The translations under genes and the position numbers were made by a program. The notes below the pieces were generated by a model that saw only the letters and a list, made by a program, of their open reading frames with translations, did not search any database and was not told where the DNA came from. Shown here piece by piece: positions 1 through 9,419 of a stretch of 64,000 nucleotides of DNA (position 1 is the stretch's first letter; each line of letters starts with the position of its first letter). Source of the stretch: Candidatus Altiarchaeota archaeon (lineage in GTDB: Archaea; Altiarchaeota; Altiarchaeia; IMC4; SCGC-AAA252-I15); contig JBDRLL010000010.1 of the NCBI GenBank assembly GCA_043813075.1, forward strand, positions 110,037 to 174,036. The letters run 5' to 3'.

Positions 1-981
1 CGCGGGCTTGTAGGGGAATTCGCACCCCCATTCTGTGAGATAATCCTGCGCCAACCTGCTTTTCTCCCTGTATCCGTCTACCACAGGCTTCAGGAATGAG
101 AGCTTCGGGTCGTCATCAAGTATTGCGTTTATGCCTGCCTGTATGCCCCTGCTAGCCCCTGCACTAAGGTTCCTGAAGTAGAAGCCGACCATCTCGTGTG
201 CCGCGAGTATCTCAGGGGATACTCTTATGAACCCCATCCTCACGTCAGGCTTGATTATCTTCGAGAATGATGACACAAGACTGACCTTGCTGTTTATCTC
301 CTCGCCAAGGCTTGCTGGAGAAGTGTATGGCGTCCTGTCCCTGTCGAATATGATGTACTTGTATGGCTCGTCAGTGATTATCTGGAGGTCGTTGGAGACA
401 GCCCAACCGCACATCTTCCTCAACTCCGACTCTTCCACGAGAGATCCCGTCGGATTTGCGGGAAGGTTTATGTAGACTCCAGCAGTCTTGTCGGTCAATG
501 CGTTGGAGGCGTTTTCCTCGATGAACCTGCCGTCCTCAAAGAGTGATACTGGCACTCCATTGTTCCCCGAGTGGGCTATCATGTTGTGTATCGTGCCCCA
601 GCACGGCGTCATGACGAGTATGTCGCTGCCCTGCTTGAATATCGAGAAGATGAACTGAAGCGCCTGTGAGGCCCCTATGGTGACGTACATCCTGTTGACG
701 TCCTCCTCTGTCAGTATGGCTCCGAAGTTGGATTCCATCTCAACTATGCTCTTCCTCAAGTATTCTTCGCCGACGAAGGGCGGGTAGCCTGGCAGGCCCT
801 TAACCTCCTGCTCGTAGACTGCTTTAGCGTATTTCTCAAGGATATCCTTTGGTATGGGGTCTGGTATCCCTATCGTCATCATGTTAACAGCTCCTGACTC
901 TTTCGCCACATTCACCCAGTACCTGATCGGGTCTGGCACAATCCTCCCTAAGTTGTCAGTCAAATCCATTTTACCCCTCAT
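1..981 (-). CDS. Fold-type I (class I/II) PLP-dependent aminotransferase, C-terminus cut by window edge
   Basis: Absent from the ORF track because it runs off the window. My reverse-strand translation from the ATG at 979-981 gives MRGKMDLTDNLGRIVPDPIRYW...INLPANPTGS...SLVSSFSKIIKPDVRMGF. These are the NPxNPTG and SxSK(PLP-Lys)...R.G motifs. The frame is open to position 1 (327 codons). The start lies 1 nt after the pfk stop. Confidence 0.8.
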   Translation of the reverse strand, partial: MRGKMDLTDNLGRIVPDPIRYWVNVAKESGAVNMMTIGIPDPIPKDILEKYAKAVYEQEVKGLPGYPPFVGEEYLRKSIVEMESNFGAILTEEDVNRMYVTIGASQALQFIFSIFKQGSDILVMTPCWGTIHNMIAHSGNNGVPVSLFEDGRFIEENASNALTDKTAGVYINLPANPTGSLVEESELRKMCGWAVSNDLQIITDEPYKYIIFDRDRTPYTSPASLGEEINSKVSLVSSFSKIIKPDVRMGFIRVSPEILAAHEMVGFYFRNLSAGASRGIQAGINAILDDDPKLSFLKPVVDGYREKSRLAQDYLTEWGCEFPYKPA

Positions 982-982
982 T

Positions 983-2005
983 CTAGCCGAAGAACTTCTC
1001 CGCCAGCTCATACCAGTAGTCGTCGACGCGTTTTTCCTTAACCGCATCCTTCAGGGGGACGGTGACTATCTCATCGCATTTCAAGCCCACCATGAGTCCG
1101 AACTTCCCTTCAGAGACTAGTTCAACCGCCTTAACGCCGAATCTTGTCGCGAGTATCCTGTCAGACACCGTAGGGATCCCACCCCTCTGGGTGTGTCCGA
1201 GTATTATAGCCCTAGTGTCGAACCCTGTTATCCTCCTTATCTCGTTTTTCAGCCAGTATCCCACTCCCCCGAGAGTATGGTATCCGAAAGCATCCTCCTC
1301 CTCCTCTTTTGTTATCGCCTCCTTCCCTTTCTCGTGGGCGCCTTCCGCGACAACCATTATCGTGAAGTTCCTCCTCTCGTGCCTCTTCCGTATTATCCCG
1401 CATACCTCGTTGATGTCAAACGGCTTCTCTGGGATAAGTATTATGTCCGCGCCACCGGCGATGCCTGACATTACTGCGATCCATCCTGCGTTACGCCCCA
1501 TGACTTCCACTATCATGACTCTGTGGTGGGATTCTGCTGTAGTGTGGACCCTGTCTATAGCCTCGACGGCCACGTGGAGTGCGGTGTCGAATCCTATGGT
1601 CCTCTCGGTGCCCACTATGTCATTGTCTATGGTCTTGGGTATCCCGACGATGTTGGCTCCAGCCTCGCTCATGTCGTTTGCGGCACTGAGAGTGCAGTCG
1701 CCGCCGATGACAATCAATGCGTCAAGACCAAGCCGTTCATATCCTCCCACAAGGTCTCTGGTCTTAATGTCCCTCTTGAACACGTTGGACGGCGTGGAAC
1801 CCAGTATCGTACCTCCCTTCACTATCAGGCCCCCCATGCAGTCCCTGTCCAAGGGCATGGTGTCGCCGTCTATAAGGCCCTTCCAACCGTCTCTTATGCC
1901 TATGAACTCCATGCAGTGCTCGTTTATCCCTGTCCTCACTACCGCTCGTATCGCTGCGTTGAGTCCTGGGCAGTCTCCCCCGCCTGTTAGCACTCCAACC
2001 TTCAT
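983..2005 (-). CDS. pfkA: 6-phosphofructokinase, PfkA family (phosphoryl donor ATP or PPi undetermined)
   Basis: 340 aa. MKVGVLTGGGDCPGLNAAIRAVV, IGGDCT and GIPKTIDNDI are the diagnostic PfkA-family motifs. Confidence 0.9.
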   Translation of the reverse strand: MKVGVLTGGGDCPGLNAAIRAVVRTGINEHCMEFIGIRDGWKGLIDGDTMPLDRDCMGGLIVKGGTILGSTPSNVFKRDIKTRDLVGGYERLGLDALIVIGGDCTLSAANDMSEAGANIVGIPKTIDNDIVGTERTIGFDTALHVAVEAIDRVHTTAESHHRVMIVEVMGRNAGWIAVMSGIAGGADIILIPEKPFDINEVCGIIRKRHERRNFTIMVVAEGAHEKGKEAITKEEEEDAFGYHTLGGVGYWLKNEIRRITGFDTRAIILGHTQRGGIPTVSDRILATRFGVKAVELVSEGKFGLMVGLKCDEIVTVPLKDAVKEKRVDDYWYELAEKFFG

Positions 2006-2012
2006 CCTAAGT

Positions 2013-2948
2013 CTAAAATTCCTCCCTCGCGTCCTTCGCTGTCTTGAATATCTCCTCGAGGTTGTCTATAAGCTCATCGTTGCCGATGTATATGGGCGTC
2101 CTCTGGTCGAGTTTCTTGGGCTTGACGTCGAGGAGCGACTGGCTGCCGTTGCTGGATTTACCCCCAGCGTTCTCAGCTATCAACGCCATCGGACTGCCCT
2201 CGAACACGAGCCTTAGCTTGCCTGAGGGTTTGTTCATGAATGACGGGTATCCGAAGAAGCCGCCGTGGTGTAGTATCTGGTTGAAGTCGCCGACAAAGGA
2301 GCCGCCGTACCTCAGTTTGAGGCCTTCGCTCCTAAGCAGCCTGACGAAGAACTCGAATTCAGGAATCCACTTGTCCGGGTTACCGCCCACCCCGTATATC
2401 TTCGCTTCAGGCATCTTCATGTCCTCGTGGAGCAGCATGAAGTTCTGATGGCATTTGCTGCATTTCACGAACTCGTAGACCTTGCCGTCAAACGTCAGGA
2501 CCAGGCTGGTGAGCGGTCCGTATAGCTTGTACAATGCGGCAACCTGTTTTCTCCCTTCCACCGGAAGTTTAACGTCCTTGTATATCCCCACTATGGTGCC
2601 GAACAGGTTGTTGCTCTTCACGTTCGAGGAGCCGTCCAACGGGTCCATGGTGACTACGAAGGATCCGGTGCCGTCTTCCGAGTCGACCGGGCCGTCCAGT
2701 TCCTCTGAGGCTACCGTCTTCACGACGCCTGTCTTGAACAATTCTTCCATAAGGAAGTCGTTGGTCCAGACGTCCAGCGCCTTCTGGTCTTCACCGTAAA
2801 TGTTCTTGGTCCCAGCGTCGCCGAGCCTGTGTGGGAACTCGTTGCTGACGTGTATCGACAGGTTGCTGAAGTCTAAAATCAGTTTGCCTAATTCCTCGTC
2901 ATCGCAGTTTTCCGATAGAAAATCCTCAAGTTTTACTTCTCCATGCAT
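2013..2948 (-). CDS. fbp: Fructose-1,6-bisphosphatase class 1
   Basis: 311 aa. MDPLDGSSNV metal-binding motif, GKLRLVFEGSPMALIAENAGG and GGSFVGDFNQILHHGG are typical of FBPase class 1. The stop is 8 nt upstream of the pfk start, so likely the same operon. Confidence 0.85.
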   Translation of the reverse strand: MHGEVKLEDFLSENCDDEELGKLILDFSNLSIHVSNEFPHRLGDAGTKNIYGEDQKALDVWTNDFLMEELFKTGVVKTVASEELDGPVDSEDGTGSFVVTMDPLDGSSNVKSNNLFGTIVGIYKDVKLPVEGRKQVAALYKLYGPLTSLVLTFDGKVYEFVKCSKCHQNFMLLHEDMKMPEAKIYGVGGNPDKWIPEFEFFVRLLRSEGLKLRYGGSFVGDFNQILHHGGFFGYPSFMNKPSGKLRLVFEGSPMALIAENAGGKSSNGSQSLLDVKPKKLDQRTPIYIGNDELIDNLEEIFKTAKDAREEF

Positions 2949-2998
2949 GTTAACACCAGTGGTTTAACTATATGTAGTGTAATTTAAATCCATCCTTC

Positions 2999-3568
2999 GT
3001 GTATTATTACATGCCAACGACTACTGACAGTAAGGACGGTTCTTTCCAGCGTGTTAAGCGTATTCTCGACGAGCGGTCTGGTGATGCGGCGACTCGCGCT
3101 AGGGTGGAGGAGGCCGCGAGCTCTGGGAATATAAAGGGTATAGACACTTCTTCCATGGTCATGAAGGGCGGTATACTGGTCCCCAAGCAGGCTGTCGGGA
3201 GGCTTCCTTTGAAGCAGCAGTGGGAGGAGGAGGCTCGGGCAGAGCTTAGGTCAGGCAACACCCTTGTTGAGGGTTTTGACGGCAGCGTCGAAGGCGGTGT
3301 CGGATACTGGGCTAGCGGTAACGAGTTGTTCCAGGCTCAGGTGAGGCAGGAGCCTGCTGGGGGTGCGAAAGTCACTATCTCCACTAAAGACCCGCGTTTC
3401 GACGGTTTTGTTGGGGAGGTATCGTGGGGTGATGAGAGCCGGTATGCATTCTTCAGCAAGTTCGCTGGCGTGTCGTCGTGCACTGTGGACATGCCGCCAG
3501 ATTTATTCACTAAAGGCGAGAGGCATAACCTCCTGTTCTCAGACGTCCGCAAGCCTGGGACGAAGTAG
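2999..3568 (+). CDS. Hypothetical soluble protein
   Basis: 189-aa ORF in an otherwise uncovered interval. I recognise no motif. The likely start is the internal MPTTTD. Confidence 0.4.
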   Translation: MYYYMPTTTDSKDGSFQRVKRILDERSGDAATRARVEEAASSGNIKGIDTSSMVMKGGILVPKQAVGRLPLKQQWEEEARAELRSGNTLVEGFDGSVEGGVGYWASGNELFQAQVRQEPAGGAKVTISTKDPRFDGFVGEVSWGDESRYAFFSKFAGVSSCTVDMPPDLFTKGERHNLLFSDVRKPGTK

Positions 3569-3585
3569 CATGCAACACTATTCTG

Positions 3586-5010
3586 TTACGGCAATCTTGT
3601 GGTCTTAGCGGCCATATCTGTGCGTGCGGTATTCTCTACGATATCGCATAATCTCTCCATCTTGCCGGCGTTCCTGAACAATTCTCTCTCGCAGAAGGAT
3701 GCGTGTTTTCCTGAAGGGAGATTCGCGTGTAGTGTGCATGTGGAGACGAGGCCCAGGTCGATGTTATCCAGCTCGTGGAACCTGCCTATGAGTATGCTGA
3801 ATATGCCCGGGAATTTGAGTTTCATAGGGCGTCTTCTTACTACAGAGCGTATCACGTCAATGCTTGAACTCAATAGCACCCTCCTTAAGATCATGTCCTT
3901 GATAATCCCCCGTAGGAATTCCATGTAGGGGGCGTTTGCTATGAGTCTGATGGTGTTGAGTGTTTTTGACTGGCCCATGTTCCTGTTTATGTCATCCAGT
4001 CTCTTATTTATCGCATGTAGGTCCAGTGTTTTTCCCAGGGCCTTCATCTCCCTGCCGTTTGTCAGTACGTAGCACCTGATCTCGCATTCAGGGACTCTGA
4101 GGCCTTTTCTCCCAGATATTTTTCGGATGATCTCAAAGAAGTTGTAGGCGAAGACTGTGGATTCTATGAAGTCATCGTCTGTTAGGTCAGATGCTTTCTG
4201 GATTTCCTCGATTATCTCTGCTTGCGTTAGGGTGTTGTCTTGCGGGCGTCTCCCTATGTTCCACACGCTATTGAAGTCTAGGACGCACACGTCCTTGTAA
4301 TTGGATGACGAGAATTTTATGAAATCGCCTATCTGATCGTCGTTTAGCCCCTTTATCACGAGGACAAATGGCATTATCGGTATCCTTTGTTTTTTCAGGT
4401 TTTCGACAGCATGGTTTTTAACGTCCAGCAGGTCTTCACCCCTTATCTGGATGCATTGTTGCCTGGAGAATGAGTCGAACTGTAGTATGACCATGTCTAA
4501 ACCTGCTTTTTTCAGAGTCTCGACGTAATGCATGTCCTCAAGTTTCTTCCCGTTTGTGAACAGTATGGCGTCAAATCCCCTTTTTTTGATCTCTTTTATT
4601 ATCTCTGCGAGATCGTCTCTGACAGTGGGTTCGCCGCCTATGAGATAGATCCGTGAGCCCTTGAATCCGTCAAGCATCTGGATTATCCCATCATACGTTA
4701 GTTCATCCTGACATGCATTCTCATCCGATTCTGCGAAGCAGTACGGGCATTTCTGGTTGCACCTGTATGTGATGAAGAGTTCCAAGGCTTCAGGGTAGGA
4801 GCTATGCCTGGACTCCCTGAAAAGGTTTCTAAGCGCATGATAGTGTTTTGGCTTCTCCCACATGTGCAGTGCTTTGAAATCACCATGCTTATCACATTTC
4901 TTTGCAATAAAAACCCTCCCCGACTCTTCAACGACTATCGCATCTATGATTTCTAAGCATTCCGGACAGTAACTTTTCGTATCATCCAACTTCTTCATAA
5001 TGCAACCCAT
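3586..5010 (-). CDS. Radical SAM enzyme, Tes/GDGT-MAS-like architecture (paralog A)
   Basis: 474 aa. N-terminal knuckle CPECLEIIDA...KKCDKHGDF, radical-SAM triad CNQKCPYC, GGEPT SAM-binding motif, and C-terminal CEIRC plus STCTLHANLPSGKHASFC cysteine motifs. It aligns along its whole length with ORFs 20034-21401 and 21388-22713. Confidence 0.75.
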   Translation of the reverse strand: MGCIMKKLDDTKSYCPECLEIIDAIVVEESGRVFIAKKCDKHGDFKALHMWEKPKHYHALRNLFRESRHSSYPEALELFITYRCNQKCPYCFAESDENACQDELTYDGIIQMLDGFKGSRIYLIGGEPTVRDDLAEIIKEIKKRGFDAILFTNGKKLEDMHYVETLKKAGLDMVILQFDSFSRQQCIQIRGEDLLDVKNHAVENLKKQRIPIMPFVLVIKGLNDDQIGDFIKFSSSNYKDVCVLDFNSVWNIGRRPQDNTLTQAEIIEEIQKASDLTDDDFIESTVFAYNFFEIIRKISGRKGLRVPECEIRCYVLTNGREMKALGKTLDLHAINKRLDDINRNMGQSKTLNTIRLIANAPYMEFLRGIIKDMILRRVLLSSSIDVIRSVVRRRPMKLKFPGIFSILIGRFHELDNIDLGLVSTCTLHANLPSGKHASFCERELFRNAGKMERLCDIVENTARTDMAAKTTRLP

Positions 5011-5057
5011 ATAGTATTATAGCGAAATATTTAACTATCATCTTTCCTGTTGATTCC

Positions 5058-6165
5058 ATGAAAGTGCTTGTTTTTGTGGGTGGGGGCGGAGGCCTTGGGA
5101 CAGCAAGCAGGTCTATTGCTCTCGGCGAAAAATTCATCGGCCAGGGTTTTGACGTGGTCTTCGGTTCTTTCGGGAGATCACTCGATTTTATCAGGCGCCA
5201 GGGATTCGATGCCGGCCGGGTTTCAGCTGAAATGGGTTTTGTGTTGTCTGATGGGCATCTATCCGAAAGAGACTCCACCCTCCAGTATGTGAGGAACATG
5301 TTGTTGTTCAAGATGCGTTCACTGGCTAAATTCATCGCCAGGGAAAACCCTGATCTTATAGTGTCCGACTCCTATCTGCCTGGTGCGGTGGCCTCAGTGT
5401 TGAATGGCAAGCCCACATACCCTTTGATGAACATACTCCACAGGGAAGTATACGCGTCACGTGAGAACGGTTTCAATGTGGGGTGGCAGACTGGTGTGGG
5501 CTGTATGGGACCTTGTGTTTTCAAGGTCTGTGAACGTGTTAATCCCTGACTTTCCCCCTCCAAACACGATATGCGGGGAAAATCTTGTGTGCACTCCAAA
5601 GTTGGCTGCAAAACTCTTGTATACCGGACCATTGATACGCGCCAGCAATGAGGACAGCAATGATTCCCCGGCGTGTGATGTGCTTCTTGTTTTGAACACC
5701 GGATTCTCCAGTTCGTTGATGCGTGAAATAATCGAGACGATGGATGATGCGCCTGACCTAACATGCCATGTGGTCGGCTCTCAAGCCGGAGATTGGCCTA
5801 ATTCCGGAAGTTTTCAGAACATTGGCCTAACGGATAACGTCCTCCAGCATATAGTCAATTCTAAGGTTGTGGTTTCGACTGGCGGGCATACCACCATTTG
5901 CGAGTCAGTCTGCAGTGGAAAACCGATTATGTGCTCTCCAATATCGAACCATAATGAGCAGGAAAACAATATCCGATTTCTTGAGGTGAAGAAACTCGGC
6001 ATTAGACTGTCTCAGGATGCGTCCCACCAGGTAGTATCTGATGGGATACGATGTCTTTTGGAGGGTGGGGAGTACAGGCTTAATTGCGGTAAATTCAGGG
6101 GTGAATACCGTCAAAACGCGGGCACATACTTTTCACGGTTGTTGAAGTCCATTAATTCATTATAG
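5058..6165 (+). pseudogene. GT-B glycosyltransferase (MurG/GT28-like, MJ1255-type) split by a +1 frameshift
   Basis: ORF 5058-5549 gives the N-terminal Rossmann half (MKVLVFVGGGGGLGTASRSIALGEKF). ORF 5461-6165, in the next frame and open from 5431, gives the rest (VLIPDFPPP..., VVSTGGHTTICESVCSGKPIMCSP...EQENN). The two frames overlap at 5431-5549, and a GGGG run lies at 5479-5482. Confidence 0.65.
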
Positions 6166-7558
6166 CCTTTACTGCCCCGAACCTGCCGGCATACCTTTTC
6201 ACGTCCACCCATCCTCTAATCTGCCTTAGATTTCGGAAGATGGTCTTAGGCCTTAGGAAGAATTCTCTGTAGAACTCTTTCCTGCGTTTTATCAGGTATT
6301 CCCTTGTCAGGCCTTCTGGTATGAACACCGGTTGCCATGAGTTTAATTGCGTCAGATCTGTGTTGTCGAAGGTCCCGTATCTCTTGTATGTCTCGTATAG
6401 TCTTGTGTTTGGGAGTGGTGTCATCATTAATACTGATAGTTCTGTCAGTGGGAGCGATTTCGCAAATCTTATCGTCTCCTCTATTGACTCGTGTGTTTCG
6501 GAGGGGTTGTTTATCATGAAGCATGCTTGCGTGTATAGTCCCGCCTGGTCGCTCCATTCGATGGCTTTTCTCGTATCATCTAGGGTGAATCCTTTTTTTA
6601 GCGTATCAAGTATCCTCTGGCATCCGCTTTCTGCCCCATAGAATATGTGCCACATGCCAGCGTCCTTCATCTTCACTAAAAGGTCTTTTGTCACAAGGTC
6701 TGACCTGGTGCAGCACCTCCATGCCAAGTCGATTCCCCTCTCATTAATCAGTTCACATATCTGCCCTATCCTTTTATTGTCTAACGTAAACGTGTCTTCT
6801 GTGAAGAAAATCTCCCTTGCTCCATAGTCTCTAGCCAATGATTCCATCTCATCCACCACCCTCTCGGCGCTGTTCTGCCGGTATTTGCGTCCAAACACGC
6901 TTTGGTCGCAGTATATGCAGTTGTACGGGCATCCCCTGCTGGTGACCATTGTCGTGGAAGGTAGCCTACGGTAGTTCTTAGATTCTGGTATGTACCTCCT
7001 GATGTCTGGAAGCAGGTGTCTTGCTGGAAATGGCAGGGAATCCAGGTCCTCGATAATCCTCCTTGCGTGTGTCTTCACCACATTCCCGTTTTCCCTGAAT
7101 AATATGCCATCCACCCGCCTCAAGTCACCGTTCCCCTCAATAGCGTCCACTAGTTCCAGCATCGTTTCTTCTCCCTCGCCTATCACTCCAAAGTCAAAAC
7201 ATTCGTTGGATATGACTTCCTCAGGATTTGCTGATATGAACGGGCCGCCAATAATGATTTTTATGTCGTCATCCGATTCTCTAATGCTTTTCGCAATCTC
7301 TAGCGTGGTGTAAAATGTCGCCGCCACGCATGTCAGCCCAACAATGTCCGTATTGTGTTTAACCACATGGGATGTGATCTCTCCAGTGTTCAGTCCTTCA
7401 AATTCAGCATCGATTATCCTGACATCATTCCCGTCTTCCTCGAGGACTGCGGCGAGATAGCATAGTCCCAGTGGCGGTTGCTCGCCCCTGCTGCCCAAGT
7501 ATCCTGTGCCATAAAGCCTCTCCAAGTCTACTGGTGGGTTTATGAACGTTACGTTCAT
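6152..7558 (-). CDS. B12-binding-domain (class B) radical SAM enzyme, paralog 1
   Basis: The ORF is open to 7906, but homology with 9420-10841 begins at MNVTFINPPV (ATG at 7556-7558). PPLGLCYLAAVLEEDGNDVRIID is a cobalamin-binding-type N-domain. TSRGCPYNCIYC is the CxxxCxxC triad. Confidence 0.8.
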   Translation of the reverse strand: MNVTFINPPVDLERLYGTGYLGSRGEQPPLGLCYLAAVLEEDGNDVRIIDAEFEGLNTGEITSHVVKHNTDIVGLTCVAATFYTTLEIAKSIRESDDDIKIIIGGPFISANPEEVISNECFDFGVIGEGEETMLELVDAIEGNGDLRRVDGILFRENGNVVKTHARRIIEDLDSLPFPARHLLPDIRRYIPESKNYRRLPSTTMVTSRGCPYNCIYCDQSVFGRKYRQNSAERVVDEMESLARDYGAREIFFTEDTFTLDNKRIGQICELINERGIDLAWRCCTRSDLVTKDLLVKMKDAGMWHIFYGAESGCQRILDTLKKGFTLDDTRKAIEWSDQAGLYTQACFMINNPSETHESIEETIRFAKSLPLTELSVLMMTPLPNTRLYETYKRYGTFDNTDLTQLNSWQPVFIPEGLTREYLIKRRKEFYREFFLRPKTIFRNLRQIRGWVDVKRYAGRFGAVKAIMN

Positions 7559-7598
7559 GGATATATCTTTCGAAATCGTCTTATAATACTCTTGTTGA

Positions 7599-9419
7599 AT
7601 GATGAAATTCCGCCGGTTTATCGAGTTAATGAACCCATTCAGCCTCTCTTCTAGGCTAACCTCATCAGACAGCATTCCCGTCTTGTTTATGGCATTACTA
7701 GCATTATTGTTGGTAGTATCCCAGATTACTGAAAAACCAGTTGACATGACGTATGCCTTTTTTTGCTGGTTTAGCGGTTTTCTTGATGACTTCTTCCGGC
7801 AGTTTACCGGCTGGTCTGCTGGTAGCATCTGCACCGGGAAAGAGGGGTTGGTTAAGGGCGCATCATTCTTCGTGTGGGCTGTCGGATTCCTATTGTGCGT
7901 GATCACTGCAAATGGGCTTAGGAAAAACGGCCTCCCAAGAAATTCGTTTGTTAACCTGCTTACTGTCGTATTAATCGCCGTCTTTATTGCCCGCGTGTTC
8001 GGGCTTTATCTGACGACCTCCCACTCGGACGGTTATGGCGATGAATACTTCTGGATTCACGGGGCATACTTCTACAACCTGTTTTTCGTAAAAAACGATT
8101 TTTTCAACGAGGACTGGCACAATTTCATATCCTATGAGGCTCCTCCTGTGAGCAGATATGTTATCGGTTTCGCACTGGATCGCATAAACCACAGGATAGT
8201 TGAGACTGGTGGCGGCCTGACCCTCTTCCAAAAGGCTTGTTTTGATGTTATGTGCGGTAATCTACGTGATAGCGCAATGGGTTATCCGGGGGATGCTAGG
8301 TTGATGGGTTACTGTGATTCTGTTCTACTGCAGTTGAAGGAGCCTGTTGTCCAGCGTCTTGATAAGGTGGACTATGATGTGGCTAGGCGGGTGATGTTAC
8401 TGTTTGGCGTCTCAACTTCTTTGTTGTTGACTCTATTGTGTTCCCACTATCTTAACCGTGTTTTTTCGGGTTTGCTTGCGGCAACGGTGTTTCTCAGCAA
8501 CGGGATTACCATACCTACGTTCCAGCTTGTTCTCCTTGACGCGATGTGCTGCTTCTTCATCCTCCTCTCCTTGATTTCGTTAATAGAGTTATCCGGCAAG
8601 CTAAGGAGATATTGTACTACCAATTCCTCCAGTAGTCTGGGTGGTAAGCGGTTGTGGGAAGTGGCTGTTTTATCCATAGTAACTGGTTTCCTATTGTCTT
8701 TGGCTGTTGGGACGAAATTTATCTCCGCTTACCTGGTCGTTACCGTCGTTGTGGTTTTTATCGTAAAAATGTTTTTTGAACATGGGATGGTTGGGCCGGG
8801 CCATGGAGAGCATAATCGTTTGCTGAGGATGGCCTCTCTTATGGGCGTTTTTGTCTTGGTCTTCACGTCCGCTTTCGCATTCTTTGTGCTGATGAATCCC
8901 TTCATTTACCCCAGTCCTATAGGTAATACCCTGAAGTTGTTCAATAATCGGCTTGATTCAATGGCACTCCAGGAGAGGGTGGTGGGCGAGGTTAGCATGC
9001 CCCACATGATATTGTTTGGTGAATTGGAGACAAAGCAGATAATAAAGGATGTGAGGATACGGTCGTTATCACATAGGCTGCGGCTGCTCTATTCGAAGGG
9101 GCTGTTGCTTAACCACAGGTTTCAGGTTCCATTCTACGAGTTGATTTATGTGTTCCTGATTCTTGCGGGATTATCCCACATAATCAGAGAATCGTGTGGT
9201 GAGCTATCTGAGGGCTTTTTCGGGAATCACTCGGTAGTGACCGCATTCATCATCTTAACATTCCTTGTGAACGGGACGTTTATGAACTCTGACTGGGACC
9301 GGTATTACACTTATTTTGCCGTATGCACCTGCATGATGCTCGCATTTGGGGTTGAGGTTGTGTTGCGTTCAGCGGACGTTTATCTTCATAAAATCGTAAT
9401 CAGCATGTGGGAAGAATAA
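7599..9419 (+). CDS. Polytopic membrane protein, GT-C-like (paralog of 15413-16957)
   Basis: 606 aa with more than 10 hydrophobic segments. The acidic first-loop segment DGYGDEYFW and FFVKNDFFNEDWHNFISYEAPPVSRYVIGFALD align with FFKKRDLSHEDWHSPLVYDQPNLGKFVLGFSLD of the paralog. The true start is uncertain. Confidence 0.6.
   Translation: MMKFRRFIELMNPFSLSSRLTSSDSIPVLFMALLALLLVVSQITEKPVDMTYAFFCWFSGFLDDFFRQFTGWSAGSICTGKEGLVKGASFFVWAVGFLLCVITANGLRKNGLPRNSFVNLLTVVLIAVFIARVFGLYLTTSHSDGYGDEYFWIHGAYFYNLFFVKNDFFNEDWHNFISYEAPPVSRYVIGFALDRINHRIVETGGGLTLFQKACFDVMCGNLRDSAMGYPGDARLMGYCDSVLLQLKEPVVQRLDKVDYDVARRVMLLFGVSTSLLLTLLCSHYLNRVFSGLLAATVFLSNGITIPTFQLVLLDAMCCFFILLSLISLIELSGKLRRYCTTNSSSSLGGKRLWEVAVLSIVTGFLLSLAVGTKFISAYLVVTVVVVFIVKMFFEHGMVGPGHGEHNRLLRMASLMGVFVLVFTSAFAFFVLMNPFIYPSPIGNTLKLFNNRLDSMALQERVVGEVSMPHMILFGELETKQIIKDVRIRSLSHRLRLLYSKGLLLNHRFQVPFYELIYVFLILAGLSHIIRESCGELSEGFFGNHSVVTAFIILTFLVNGTFMNSDWDRYYTYFAVCTCMMLAFGVEVVLRSADVYLHKIVISMWEE

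Noticed and set aside
1062-2216. 384-aa ORF on the plus strand
   Set aside because: It lies entirely antisense to the well-supported pfk and fbp genes. The translation is low-complexity and Ser/Pro-rich with no motifs, so it is a shadow ORF.
6152-7906. Full 584-aa version of class-B radical SAM paralog 1
   Set aside because: The first 116 residues have no counterpart in the paralog and would overlap the divergent gene starting at 7599. I prefer the ATG at 7558 (MNVTFINPP).
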